Source: an uncultured Aeromicrobium sp.
GTDB lineage: Bacteria > Actinomycetota > Actinomycetes > Propionibacteriales > Nocardioidaceae
Direction: 5' to 3'
Length of the DNA: 64,000 nucleotides
NCBI GenBank assembly: GCA_964638755.1
Contig: CAZWZC010000001.1
Coordinates: 8,435 to 72,434 of the forward strand
The notes beneath the pieces are model-generated. The model saw nothing but the letters and a program-made list of their open reading frames with translations, was not told the origin of the DNA and ran no database searches. Below, piece after piece: positions 52,823 to 61,985 of the stretch; position 1 is the first letter of the stretch, and every line of letters begins with the position of its first letter. The position numbers and the translations under genes are program-made.

Positions 52823-54305
52823 GGAAGCCGCCGCCGACGAGATCTCGTACGGACGCTGCGTACGTCGAACGCAGTTCTTGCCCATCGCGCTCGAGCAGAA
52901 TCGCCAGCGCATCGAAGATCTGGCCAGCAGTCAGGTCACCGTCGCTGGCACTGACAAGTCCGGCCTCGACGGTGTCGACCTGACGAGCACGGCGTATGCC
53001 CTGCTGCAGACGCAGCACGATCGACTCGGGGTGCTCGGAGCCAACCGGACCCCGGGTCTCTTCGACCAGGTCGGGCGCATGTCGCCACGTCCGGTCGAGC
53101 AGCGCGGAGTCGTCAAGGTTGCGCAGCACGTCGACGCGATGGCCCCAGCCCGCGACGCTCGGCCCGATCGGCGGTGCGATCTCGCCGGTCCACTCCTCGA
53201 TGCGCAGCACCGGTGTGGCGCTCGTACGGCGCATGCTGAGCCACCCGAAGCCGACGGCGTCGATGCGCTCAGCGGCGAACCAGTCGAGCCAGGCGCCGTA
53301 GCGCCGCGAGTAGTCGGGCGTGCCCGCCAGCCCAGCATCGGCAAGCCACATCTCGACGTATGCCGCCGGATCGATCAGCTCACGTTGCAGGACCCACGCG
53401 TCGAGGGCGCTGCCGTCGAACCATTCCTCGAGATCGGCGCGCCAGTCGCGGCCGTCGTGGTGTGCCCAGTTGGCGAGGATCTGGCACCAACCACCGTCGT
53501 TCAGATGCGCCTCGGCGTTCTCCACGAGGTGCCGTACGACGCTGTCGCCGGGCATCCCCGAGTCGCGGTAGACCAGCACATCGGCGCCGGGCGGCGAGAT
53601 CACAAACGGCGGGTTGGTGGCGATCAGATCGAACGTGTCGCCGGCCACCGGATCGAACAGGCTGCCGTCGCGCACGTCGATGTCGAGCTCGTTGAGCGCA
53701 GCCGTGAGCCGCGCCATCGCCAGTGCACGCGGGTTGACGTCAGTGGCGACGACGATGTCTGCGTGCTGCGCGAGATGGAGCGCCTGGACCCCGCAGCCGG
53801 TGCCGAGGTCGAGCGCGCGTCCGACCGGCTCTCGGACGGTCAGCTGAGCAAGGGAGGACGACGCCTCGCTGATGCCCAGCACGTGCTCGGGGTTCATCAC
53901 GCAAACCCCGTTCCCTGAGCTTGTCGAAGGGTTGAGTCCCGGTGTCGGATCGCAGGCGATCCACCAGTCATGCGACTCGTCGCCGTAGGGCCTGATTTCG
54001 ACCAGTGCACGGACCTCGTCTCCTGACACCAGCATCATGTCGGCAGCAGCAAGGGGTTCGACGAGATCGGGGAGGGCCGCGTCGGCGCGACGTCGATCGA
54101 CCGGCACCTGCAACGCGAACAGGCGGACCAGAGTTGCGAGGTCACCCGTGCCCTGGGTCGCCCGCAGAGCCGGTACGACCTGGTTGCGGCCAAGCGCTCG
54201 ATGCGCCTCTTCGCCAAGCAGCGCATACACGGCATCGACGGTGAACCCCGCGCGGCCAAGGGCGGCACGGAGCTGAGGAACATACGCGTCGTCGATCACC
54301 TGCAC
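52815..54305 (-). CDS. class I SAM-dependent methyltransferase (MTS/HemK-like)
   Basis: LDLGTGCGVQ and NPPF motifs. Start uncertain (GTG 54305 or 54299). Confidence 0.85.
   Translation of the reverse strand: MQVIDDAYVPQLRAALGRAGFTVDAVYALLGEEAHRALGRNQVVPALRATQGTGDLATLVRLFALQVPVDRRRADAALPDLVEPLAAADMMLVSGDEVRALVEIRPYGDESHDWWIACDPTPGLNPSTSSGNGVCVMNPEHVLGISEASSSLAQLTVREPVGRALDLGTGCGVQALHLAQHADIVVATDVNPRALAMARLTAALNELDIDVRDGSLFDPVAGDTFDLIATNPPFVISPPGADVLVYRDSGMPGDSVVRHLVENAEAHLNDGGWCQILANWAHHDGRDWRADLEEWFDGSALDAWVLQRELIDPAAYVEMWLADAGLAGTPDYSRRYGAWLDWFAAERIDAVGFGWLSMRRTSATPVLRIEEWTGEIAPPIGPSVAGWGHRVDVLRNLDDSALLDRTWRHAPDLVEETRGPVGSEHPESIVLRLQQGIRRARQVDTVEAGLVSASDGDLTAGQIFDALAILLERDGQELRSTYAASVRDLVGGGFLN
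53909..53931 (-). repeat. REP-like motif inside the methyltransferase coding sequence
   Basis: CCC-TTCGA-CAAG-CTCA-GGG-AACG, read in frame as PSTSSGN. Confidence 0.55.
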
Positions 54306-54321
54306 ACCTTCGCAGATGACA

Positions 54322-54355
54322 CGAGCGGCGCCACCCTGTCGGGTGACGCCGCTCG
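54322..54355 (-). terminator. intrinsic terminator-like hairpin after hppA
   Basis: 15-bp stem with one G-U pair and a 4-nt loop, 14 nt past the hppA stop. Confidence 0.65.
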
Positions 54356-54369
54356 AAGCAATGCTGTGA

Positions 54370-56799
54370 CTACGCCTTCTTGGCGGGAGCCTTCTTCGCC
54401 GCCGTCGGCGCCTTCTTGGCCGGAGCCGGAGCAGCAACGATCTCCGACGGTCCTGCATCGAGGGCGATCGGGCGACGCTTGGAGACGTACACCGCGATGG
54501 CGATGATCAGTACGGAAGCGCCAGCGATGCTGTAACGCAGCAGATCGTCAGCATCCTTGCCGTAGCTGTACTTGATGATCAGCGGCGCCGCCAGCAGGGC
54601 GACGAGGTTCATCACCTTGAGCAGCGGGTTGATCGCCGGACCGGCAGTGTCCTTGAACGGGTCACCGACAGTGTCACCGATGATCGTCGCCTCATGTGCC
54701 GGCGACCCCTTGCCGCCGTGGTTGCCGTCCTCGACCAGCTTCTTGGCGTTGTCCCACGCACCACCGGAGTTGGCCAGGAAGACCGCCATCAGCAGACCGG
54801 TGGCAATGGCACCAGCGAGGTAGGCACCCAACGGGCCGATGCCAAGGCCGAAGCCGACAGCGATCGGAGCGAAGATCGCCAGGATTCCCGGCGTTGCCAG
54901 CTCACGCAATGAGTCGCGTGTGCAGATGTCGACGACCTTGCCGTACTCAGGACGACCGGTGCCTTCCATGATGCCCGGGATCTCCTTGAACTGGCGACGG
55001 ACTTCGTACACGACAGCGCCAGCTGCACGACCGACCGCGTTGATGGCCAGACCCGAGAAGAGGAACACGACCGCAGCACCGATGATCAGACCGACGAGGT
55101 TGCTCGGATCGGCGACGTTGAGGATGCCGCTGAACGCGTACGTCTCACCGACGTTGATGTCCTTGACGCTCTCGGCGGTGAAGCCGGCGTTTGCGATGGC
55201 CTTGCCGATCGAGTCGGTGAACGAGCCGAACAAGGCGGTTGCGGCGAGCACTGCCGTCGCGATCGCGATGCCCTTGGTGATGGCCTTCGTCGTGTTGCCG
55301 ACGGCGTCGAGCTCGGTGAGGATCTGTGCGCCCTCTTCATCGACGTCACCCGACATCTCAGCGATGCCCTGGGCGTTGTCGCTGACCGGACCAAACGTGT
55401 CCATCGCGACGATGACGCCGACCGTGGTCAGCAGACCACAACCCGCGAGCGCCACGGCGAACAGCGAGACGATGATCGAGCCGCTGCCGAGCAGGAAGGC
55501 GCCGAACACGGCCGCAGCGATGACCAGTGCCGTGTAGACAGCCGACTCGAAACCGACCGAGAGACCCGACAAGATGACGGTCGCGGCGCCGGTGAGCGAG
55601 GTCTTGCCGACATCCTTGACCGGACGGGTCTCGGTGCCGGTGAAGTAGCCCGTGAGGGCAAGGATCACAGCAGCGAGCACGATGCCGATGAGCACGGCGA
55701 TGATCGCGATGAGTCGCGGCGAACCGTCGAGGCCCGGAGCGTCGATGCCCTGCGCCTGACCGATGGTTGCGATCAGCGAGTTCGAGTCGAGCCCCTTGAG
55801 CTCCTTGAACGTGTCCGGCAGGTAGAACCACGCAGCAGCCGAGGCTCCGACAGCCGAGATCAGCGCCGAGATGTAGAACGAGCGGTTGATCGTGGTGAGT
55901 CCGCCCTCTCCCACACGGGGACGAGTGATGTAGACACCGATGATCGCCGTCAGTGCGCCGATCGCGGGGACGATCAGCGGGAACACGAGGCCCTTTTCGC
56001 CGAAGGCCACCGAACCGAGGATCAACGCGGCGACCAGCGTCACGGCGTACGACTCAAAGAGGTCAGCGGCCATACCGGCGCAGTCGCCAACGTTGTCGCC
56101 CACGTTGTCGGCGATCGTGGCGGCGTTGCGCGGGTCATCCTCAGGGATGTTCTGCTCGACCTTGCCGACCAGGTCGGCTCCGACGTCAGCGGCCTTGGTG
56201 AAGATGCCGCCTCCAACACGCATGAACATGGCAAGCAGGGCCGCACCGAACGCGAATCCCTCGAGCACCGAGGGGGCCTTGCCCTGGTAGTACAGGACGA
56301 TCGCGGATGCGCCGATCAGGCCGAGGCCGACCGTCAGCATGCCGACGTGACCGCCGGTGCGGAAGGCGATGCGCATGGCCCGCTCGCGGCCCTCGTTCTG
56401 GGCAGCTGCCGCGACGCGGATGTTCGATCGCGTGGCGAGCCACATACCGAGATAGCCGATCGATGCCGAGAAGCCGGCGCCGAGGAGGAAGAACGCCGAA
56501 CGTCCGATCCTGATCTCAGAGGTGCCGGGCAGCACGAACAGCAGTCCGAAGGCCAGCAGCGCGAAGACGGCAAGGGTCTTGAACATGCGTCCGAGGTATG
56601 CCGCAGCACCCTCCTGGACGGCCTGTCCGATCTCCTGCATCTTTTCGGTGCCTTCGGATGCCTTGAGCACTTCGGCGCGGAAAACCGCCGCCAGGATGAG
56701 AGCGAGGACGCCGACTCCGAGCACGCACCACACGATGATCGTGTTGTCGTTGGAGAGGTCGAGGTCCCCGGCTGCCGCAACGAGAGTCGCGTTCGCCAT
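54370..56799 (-). CDS. hppA: membrane-bound proton-translocating pyrophosphatase (K+-independent type)
   Basis: GGIFTKAADVGADLVGKVE, DNVGDNVGD, DAVGNTTKA and GDTVGDPFKDT motifs. Confidence 0.94.
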   Translation of the reverse strand: MANATLVAAAGDLDLSNDNTIIVWCVLGVGVLALILAAVFRAEVLKASEGTEKMQEIGQAVQEGAAAYLGRMFKTLAVFALLAFGLLFVLPGTSEIRIGRSAFFLLGAGFSASIGYLGMWLATRSNIRVAAAAQNEGRERAMRIAFRTGGHVGMLTVGLGLIGASAIVLYYQGKAPSVLEGFAFGAALLAMFMRVGGGIFTKAADVGADLVGKVEQNIPEDDPRNAATIADNVGDNVGDCAGMAADLFESYAVTLVAALILGSVAFGEKGLVFPLIVPAIGALTAIIGVYITRPRVGEGGLTTINRSFYISALISAVGASAAAWFYLPDTFKELKGLDSNSLIATIGQAQGIDAPGLDGSPRLIAIIAVLIGIVLAAVILALTGYFTGTETRPVKDVGKTSLTGAATVILSGLSVGFESAVYTALVIAAAVFGAFLLGSGSIIVSLFAVALAGCGLLTTVGVIVAMDTFGPVSDNAQGIAEMSGDVDEEGAQILTELDAVGNTTKAITKGIAIATAVLAATALFGSFTDSIGKAIANAGFTAESVKDINVGETYAFSGILNVADPSNLVGLIIGAAVVFLFSGLAINAVGRAAGAVVYEVRRQFKEIPGIMEGTGRPEYGKVVDICTRDSLRELATPGILAIFAPIAVGFGLGIGPLGAYLAGAIATGLLMAVFLANSGGAWDNAKKLVEDGNHGGKGSPAHEATIIGDTVGDPFKDTAGPAINPLLKVMNLVALLAAPLIIKYSYGKDADDLLRYSIAGASVLIIAIAVYVSKRRPIALDAGPSEIVAAPAPAKKAPTAAKKAPAKKA

Positions 56800-56889
56800 G
56801 AAAATCCTCCATGAGTAAGCAGAAAGAAGCGTTGGGCCAGACGTCCAGACCAACGTGACGGAGGTTACAGGCCCACTATTTGCTGCGGA

Positions 56890-57243
56890 TCAAGGGGTCT
56901 CGGGATGTGTCGCCGTACGGGCCTCGTCGACCGAGGCATACAAACCGAAGACCTTGTCCAGTCCGGTGATCCCAAAGATCTTCAGGATGCGCTCGTGGGT
57001 GCACACGATGTCGAGCGAACCGCCGTCGGCGCGTACGCGCTTGAGCGCACCGACCAGTACACCGAGGCCCGTGGAGTCGAGGAAGTCGACCTTCTCGACG
57101 TCGATGATGAGCCGTGTGTGGCCGGCATCGATTGCCGTGACGATTGCCTCGCGGAGCTTGGGCGCGGTGTAGACGTCGACTTCGCCGCCGACCTCGATGA
57201 TCTCGAAATCATCGACCGTGCGCGATGACAGTGCGAGCTCCAT
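56890..57243 (-). CDS. STAS anti-sigma-factor antagonist (BldG/RsbV-like)
   Basis: [13 protein letters not shown] and [12 protein letters not shown] motifs. Confidence 0.92.
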   Translation of the reverse strand: MELALSSRTVDDFEIIEVGGEVDVYTAPKLREAIVTAIDAGHTRLIIDVEKVDFLDSTGLGVLVGALKRVRADGGSLDIVCTHERILKIFGITGLDKVFGLYASVDEARTATHPETP

Positions 57244-57320
57244 GTCATGCATCTAATCACGATCCGGCAGGGGTCGCCGCTCGCCTGAACCGGCGAGCAC
57301 GGTCTGGGACACTTCACCTC

Positions 57321-59633
57321 GTGGATCCTGCCGACATCGTCCTTCGCCACAGCGAACGGGTGACCCACGTCGAGCACGTCCCCGCCCGCCATGCCGTCAT
57401 CGAACCGTGGCCGGCGTGGGTGGATCCCGAGGTGCGCGCGATGTATGCGAGTGAGGGCATCACCGAGCTCTGGGGTCACCAGGGCGAGGCGTTGGGCCAC
57501 ATACATGCCGGGCGGCACACCGTGATCTCGACCGGCACCGCTTCGGGCAAGTCGCTGGCGTTCCAGGTGCCGGCGCTGACGACTCTTGCGTACGGCCGGG
57601 CTGGAAGTGGCTTGCAAGGCAACCGGATGCCGAGCGTCCTCTATCTGGCGCCGACCAAGGCGCTGGCCGCCGACCAGCTCCGGCGACTGTCCTCGGGGCC
57701 GTCGTTCGTACGGCCGGCGACGGTCGACGGCGACAACTCCCGCGAGGAGCGGGCGTGGGCTCGCGATCACGCCAACTATCTGCTCACCAATCCGGACACC
57801 CTGCACCACACGATCCTTCCCGGGCATGCGCGCTGGAGTCGGGTGCTGGGCGGGGTGAACCATGTCGTGATCGACGAGTGCCACCACTATCGCGGCGTGT
57901 TCGGTGCACACGTCGCCCATGTGCTGAGGCGGCTGCGGCGCATTTGTGCGCACTACGGCGCCGATCCGGTGTTCGTCCTCTCCTCTGCGACCGTCGCTGA
58001 GCCGGACGCCTTCGCCGCACGCTTGACCGGGCTCGACATCGTCGCGGTCACTGACGATGCGTCGCCGCACGCAGCCCAGACCATTGCACTGTGGGAGCCG
58101 CCGCTGCTGCCGGGTCACGATGTGGAGACGCAGACGCCGGTGCGCCGGGCCGCCAACACCGAGGCCGGCGAGCTGCTCACCGATCTGGTCATCGGGGGCG
58201 TACGCACGCTGGCCTTCGTACGCTCGCGGCGAGGCGCCGAGACTGTCGCGGCGACGGCCCAGCGGAACCTCGCCGAGGTCGACTCTTCGTTGGCTGCACG
58301 GGTCGCGACCTATCGAGGCGGCTACCTGCCCGAGGAGCGTCGAGAGCTCGAACGTCGGCTGCGAGACGGGGAGCTGCTGGGGTTGGCGAGCACCAATGCC
58401 CTTGAGCTCGGGATCGACATCGCCGGGTTGGACGCGATCATCAGTGTCGGCTTCCCGGGCACTCGTGCCGCGCTGCGTCAGCAGTTCGGGCGGGCGGGTC
58501 GGGCCGGCCGCGACTCCCTCGGGATCCTGATCGCACGCGACGAGCCGCTCGACACCTATCTCGTCCATCATCCTGAGGCGCTGCTCGGTGCTCCGGTCGA
58601 GTCGTCGGTGTTCGACCCCGACAACCCGTACGTGCTCGGCCCGCATCTGGCGGCTGCTGCGCACGAGCTTCCGCTGACTGAGGCGGACTTCGAGCTGTTC
58701 GGGCCGCGTGCCGCCGAAGGCATCAAGGCGCTCGAGGCGGCCGGGCTGTTGCGCAAGCGTCCGGCCGGGTGGTTCTGGACCAAGAGGGAGCGTGCCAGCG
58801 ACCTGGCCGACATACGTTCCAGCGGAGGGACACCCGTGCAGATCGTCGACGCCGCAACAGGTCGGTTGATCGGCACAGTGGACGCCGGGTCCGCCGACGC
58901 CGCAGTGCACGACGGCGCGGTGTACCTGCACCAGGGCGAGGTTCATGTGGTGGATGAATATGACGTTGAGGGCGGTGCCGCGATCGTGCATCGTGAAGAT
59001 CCGGAGTACTCGACGATGGCGCGTTCGGTCACCGAGATCACGATCACCGAGACGGAGCGGACCACCCGGTGGGGTGATGCGGCGATGTCGTTCGGCTCGG
59101 TCGACGTCGTCACCCAGGTCCTCTCCTATACGAAGCGGAGCACGACCGGCGGCGGCATGCTCGGCGAGGAGCTGCTCGACCTTCCTGAGCGCACGCTGCC
59201 GACCAAGGCAGTCTGGTGGACGCTCACCGACAAGGCTGTGGCCGAGGCGCTTTCGAGCGCCGACATCCCGGGAGCCGCCCATGCTGCCGAGCATGCCGCG
59301 ATCGGCCTGCTCCCCCTGCTGGCGACGTGCGATCGATGGGACATCGGTGGCGTGTCGACTGCGCGGCATGCTGACACCGGCACCCTTACCGTGTTCGTCT
59401 ACGACGGCTATCCGGGAGGAGCTGGATTTGCCGAACGCGGATATGAGGTGGCCGAGCGGTGGCTCACGATCACTCGCGATGCGATCATCGCGTGCGAGTG
59501 CCGCAGCGGCTGTCCTTCGTGCGTTTATTCGCCCAAGTGCGGCAACGGCAACGAACCGTTGGACAAGGCCGGAGCAGTACGCCTGCTGGACGCGATCCTT
59601 GCCGGTGCGCGGCCTCCGGCAACCTCCGGCTGA
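57321..59633 (+). CDS. DEAH-box helicase with DUF1998 (MrfA/Hrq1/SftH-like)
   Basis: TGTASGKS, DECH, STNALELGID and QQFGRAGR motifs; C-terminal CECRSGCPSC. Start estimated. Confidence 0.9.
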   Translation: MDPADIVLRHSERVTHVEHVPARHAVIEPWPAWVDPEVRAMYASEGITELWGHQGEALGHIHAGRHTVISTGTASGKSLAFQVPALTTLAYGRAGSGLQGNRMPSVLYLAPTKALAADQLRRLSSGPSFVRPATVDGDNSREERAWARDHANYLLTNPDTLHHTILPGHARWSRVLGGVNHVVIDECHHYRGVFGAHVAHVLRRLRRICAHYGADPVFVLSSATVAEPDAFAARLTGLDIVAVTDDASPHAAQTIALWEPPLLPGHDVETQTPVRRAANTEAGELLTDLVIGGVRTLAFVRSRRGAETVAATAQRNLAEVDSSLAARVATYRGGYLPEERRELERRLRDGELLGLASTNALELGIDIAGLDAIISVGFPGTRAALRQQFGRAGRAGRDSLGILIARDEPLDTYLVHHPEALLGAPVESSVFDPDNPYVLGPHLAAAAHELPLTEADFELFGPRAAEGIKALEAAGLLRKRPAGWFWTKRERASDLADIRSSGGTPVQIVDAATGRLIGTVDAGSADAAVHDGAVYLHQGEVHVVDEYDVEGGAAIVHREDPEYSTMARSVTEITITETERTTRWGDAAMSFGSVDVVTQVLSYTKRSTTGGGMLGEELLDLPERTLPTKAVWWTLTDKAVAEALSSADIPGAAHAAEHAAIGLLPLLATCDRWDIGGVSTARHADTGTLTVFVYDGYPGGAGFAERGYEVAERWLTITRDAIIACECRSGCPSCVYSPKCGNGNEPLDKAGAVRLLDAILAGARPPATSG

Positions 59634-59671
59634 GCCGACCCAAAAACTAGAACGTGTACTAGTTTGGCCCG

Positions 59672-60676
59672 ATGGACCTCTATCGGATCAAGACAGCAGC
59701 AACCGGGATCAAACGGCTGGCGACGTTGTCGGACGAGGACAAGCAGTCCGCCATCGACGCATTCCAGTTCTTCCAAGGCATGCAGGCCGGCGAACCCACC
59801 CAGACGGCAGATGAGACGAAGGCGGTGGCTGACTACTACAAGGTCCTCAACAACATGCTGTCGGTGTTCGATCTGGAGAAGCTCTACATTCCGCCGATGC
59901 TCGACACGACCAAGGGGCTCTACGACAACCAGATCCTGATCGAGAAGGCGATCCTCGCCGAGCTCAATCTGCAGGACCCGGCCGGCTCCCACCTGCTCGA
60001 CATGGGTTGTGGCCGCGGGCGGATCGCCCACCACTTCGCCACCCTGACCGGCGGTCAGGTCTCGGGCTACAACATCGACCCGAACCAGCTGGAGAACGCC
60101 GACGCTTGGGCGGAACAGACCGGTATGAGCGACCGGCTCCACTTCAAGCTCGGCGATCACCACAAACCACTCGACTATGAGTCTGAGTCCTTTGACGGCT
60201 GCTTCTCGTTCCAGGCGGTCTGGCCATTCTTCAAAAAGAATGAGCTCGATGCGCACGCGCAGGAGATGTATCGGGTGCTAAAGCCCGGAGCCCGCTACGC
60301 GTGCTCGGAATATCTGCTGACCCCGTACTTCGACTGGGGCAACGACGAACATGTCGCGTTGCACAAGAAGTTCCTGCCCACTTTGGCGGCGACGCAGTCG
60401 ATGTATCCCGCGGACGTGTGTGCCGCACTCGAACGGGCGGGCTTCACCATCGTGCTGTCGGCACCGTCGAAGAGCGAAGCCTGGCCACTGTGCGACCAGA
60501 AGGCCAATCTCATTCGCCGCGGCCGCAAGGTGGTGCGCGGGTTGGAGAGGGTGCGGGTCGCCCCGGCCTGGGTCGAGGAGTCGCTCGAGCTGCTCCAGAC
60601 CGGCGGCGAGGCGTGGAACCAGGCGGAGCGGGCAAAGATCGCCGATCTCAACTGGCGCATCGTGGCCGAGAAGTAG
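59672..60676 (+). CDS. SAM-dependent methyltransferase with sterol-C24-methyltransferase-like layout
   Basis: LDMGCGRG, YRVLKPG...SEY.LT..FD..N.EH and ALERAGF motifs, plus a helical C-terminus ending IVAEK. Confidence 0.7.
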   Translation: MDLYRIKTAATGIKRLATLSDEDKQSAIDAFQFFQGMQAGEPTQTADETKAVADYYKVLNNMLSVFDLEKLYIPPMLDTTKGLYDNQILIEKAILAELNLQDPAGSHLLDMGCGRGRIAHHFATLTGGQVSGYNIDPNQLENADAWAEQTGMSDRLHFKLGDHHKPLDYESESFDGCFSFQAVWPFFKKNELDAHAQEMYRVLKPGARYACSEYLLTPYFDWGNDEHVALHKKFLPTLAATQSMYPADVCAALERAGFTIVLSAPSKSEAWPLCDQKANLIRRGRKVVRGLERVRVAPAWVEESLELLQTGGEAWNQAERAKIADLNWRIVAEK

Positions 60677-60687
60677 CAGCTCCGAAG

Positions 60688-61038
60688 TCAGGGCAGGTAG
60701 AAGTCGGGCGCTGCTCGGGCCTTCTGCTCAAACGACCACGTGTGACCCCACCACGACTTGCTGGTGCCCCCGGCAGTCACCGTGGCGACGTCATAGTCCA
60801 TCCGGCATGACACGAGCCGTGCACCGTTGCGTTTGACCAGATCGGCCGCCGCATCGCAGCCATCGTCGCCGTTGACACTGGCCCGACTGGCTGCCAGCGC
60901 GGCTAGATCGGCGGCCGACGCGACCGAGTGCTTGAGTCGCACCAGCCCGGCCACCTGCGCCATCACCAGTGCGCCCAGCGTCAGCAGCAACGCGGCCGAC
61001 GCTGCGTAGACGGTGACGGCGCCACGCTCGCGGTTCAC
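60688..61038 (-). CDS. TadE-like (Rv3654c family) pilus accessory protein
   Basis: ERGAVTV...AADLAALAA...GCDAA...NGA.L..C motif. Confidence 0.83.
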   Translation of the reverse strand: MNRERGAVTVYAASAALLLTLGALVMAQVAGLVRLKHSVASAADLAALAASRASVNGDDGCDAAADLVKRNGARLVSCRMDYDVATVTAGGTSKSWWGHTWSFEQKARAAPDFYLP

Positions 61039-61397
61039 GGAGACTCCTGGGCCGCGACCGACGTCGACGTCATCGTACGAGCGCCGATGCCGGAGAAGAA
61101 CGGGATCGGCATCGCCGACTTCGCCTGGACTGTGACAGTCACCAACCCGTTGTCGGTCTTCACGGTGACGCGTGCGCCGTCGGGTGACAACCGCTGTGCC
61201 GCGTGCTTGGCGGTGCTGGTCGCCTCGCCCCGGGCGACGAGCCGTGCGGCTTCTCGGGACGCATCGGCAAGTCGCACCTGGGTGAAGCCGAGCGACACGA
61301 CCCAGAGCAACAGGAAGGCGAAGGCCACGCCGAACGGTGCGATCGTCGCCAGCTCGGCGGTGACCATACCTGGATCGCCGCGACGATGCGGGTTCAT
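61035..61397 (-). CDS. TadE family minor pilin
   Basis: GMVTAELA...ADASREAAR..ARG motif. Start at MNPHR. Confidence 0.83.
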   Translation of the reverse strand: MNPHRRGDPGMVTAELATIAPFGVAFAFLLLWVVSLGFTQVRLADASREAARLVARGEATSTAKHAAQRLSPDGARVTVKTDNGLVTVTVQAKSAMPIPFFSGIGARTMTSTSVAAQESP

Positions 61398-61600
61398 CGG
61401 AATCTCGGGATCAGGTTGGGATCGATGCCGAAGATGCTTCGCCAACCCAGCGCCCTTTGCAGGATGTCTCTGAAGGTGTCGAACCATGGGTTGTCATGGT
61501 CGAGGGCGCCAAGCTTGTAGAGGACCAGCGCAATGAACACCGCACCGAGGGTGCCGACGGTGTATTCGGCTGTTGCCATGCCGCGTTCGTCCTTGGTCAT
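61394..61600 (-). CDS. DUF4244 Flp-type pilin, copy 2
   Basis: DERGMATAEYTVGTL motif; RBS GAAAGGAG. The ORF track start is too far upstream. Confidence 0.8.
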   Translation of the reverse strand: MTKDERGMATAEYTVGTLGAVFIALVLYKLGALDHDNPWFDTFRDILQRALGWRSIFGIDPNLIPRFR

Positions 61601-61620
61601 GGTCGACTCCTTTCGAGGGT

Positions 61621-61648
61621 GCCGGGGCGGGCGGCGACCCGCCCCGGC
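61621..61648. other. 11-bp GC-rich stem-loop between the two pilin genes
   Basis: gccggggcggg-cggcga-cccgccccggc. Confidence 0.65.
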
Positions 61649-61655
61649 GATGGGC

Positions 61656-61847
61656 TCAGAACGGCAACATGTCCGGAATCTTGTTGAGGAGGTCCTTGAC
61701 CAGCTCGCCGAACCACTCGGACTGGCCGATCTTGACCAGCACGCCGCCGATCGTGCAGGCACCGAGAGTGCCGACGGTGTATTCGGCGGTCGTCATACCG
61801 GCTTCTGCGCGGCGCCGCATTGCCCTGAGCAGGTGCAGTGTCTTCAT
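61656..61847 (-). CDS. DUF4244 Flp-type pilin, copy 1
   Basis: EAGMTTAEYTVGTL motif with a prepilin-like G/hydrophobic/E signature. Confidence 0.87.
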   Translation of the reverse strand: MKTLHLLRAMRRRAEAGMTTAEYTVGTLGACTIGGVLVKIGQSEWFGELVKDLLNKIPDMLPF

Positions 61848-61985
61848 GTGGTGTCCCTTCGATGGGTGAATCTGTCGTAGGGAATATGTGTTCGGTGTGC
61901 TCGCGGCTGCGGACCCACTTCGCGGTCTGGGGACAGCCGCTGCGACGCCGCCTTGTGTGGAAACCGCCGGCGCTGTGGAAACGGG

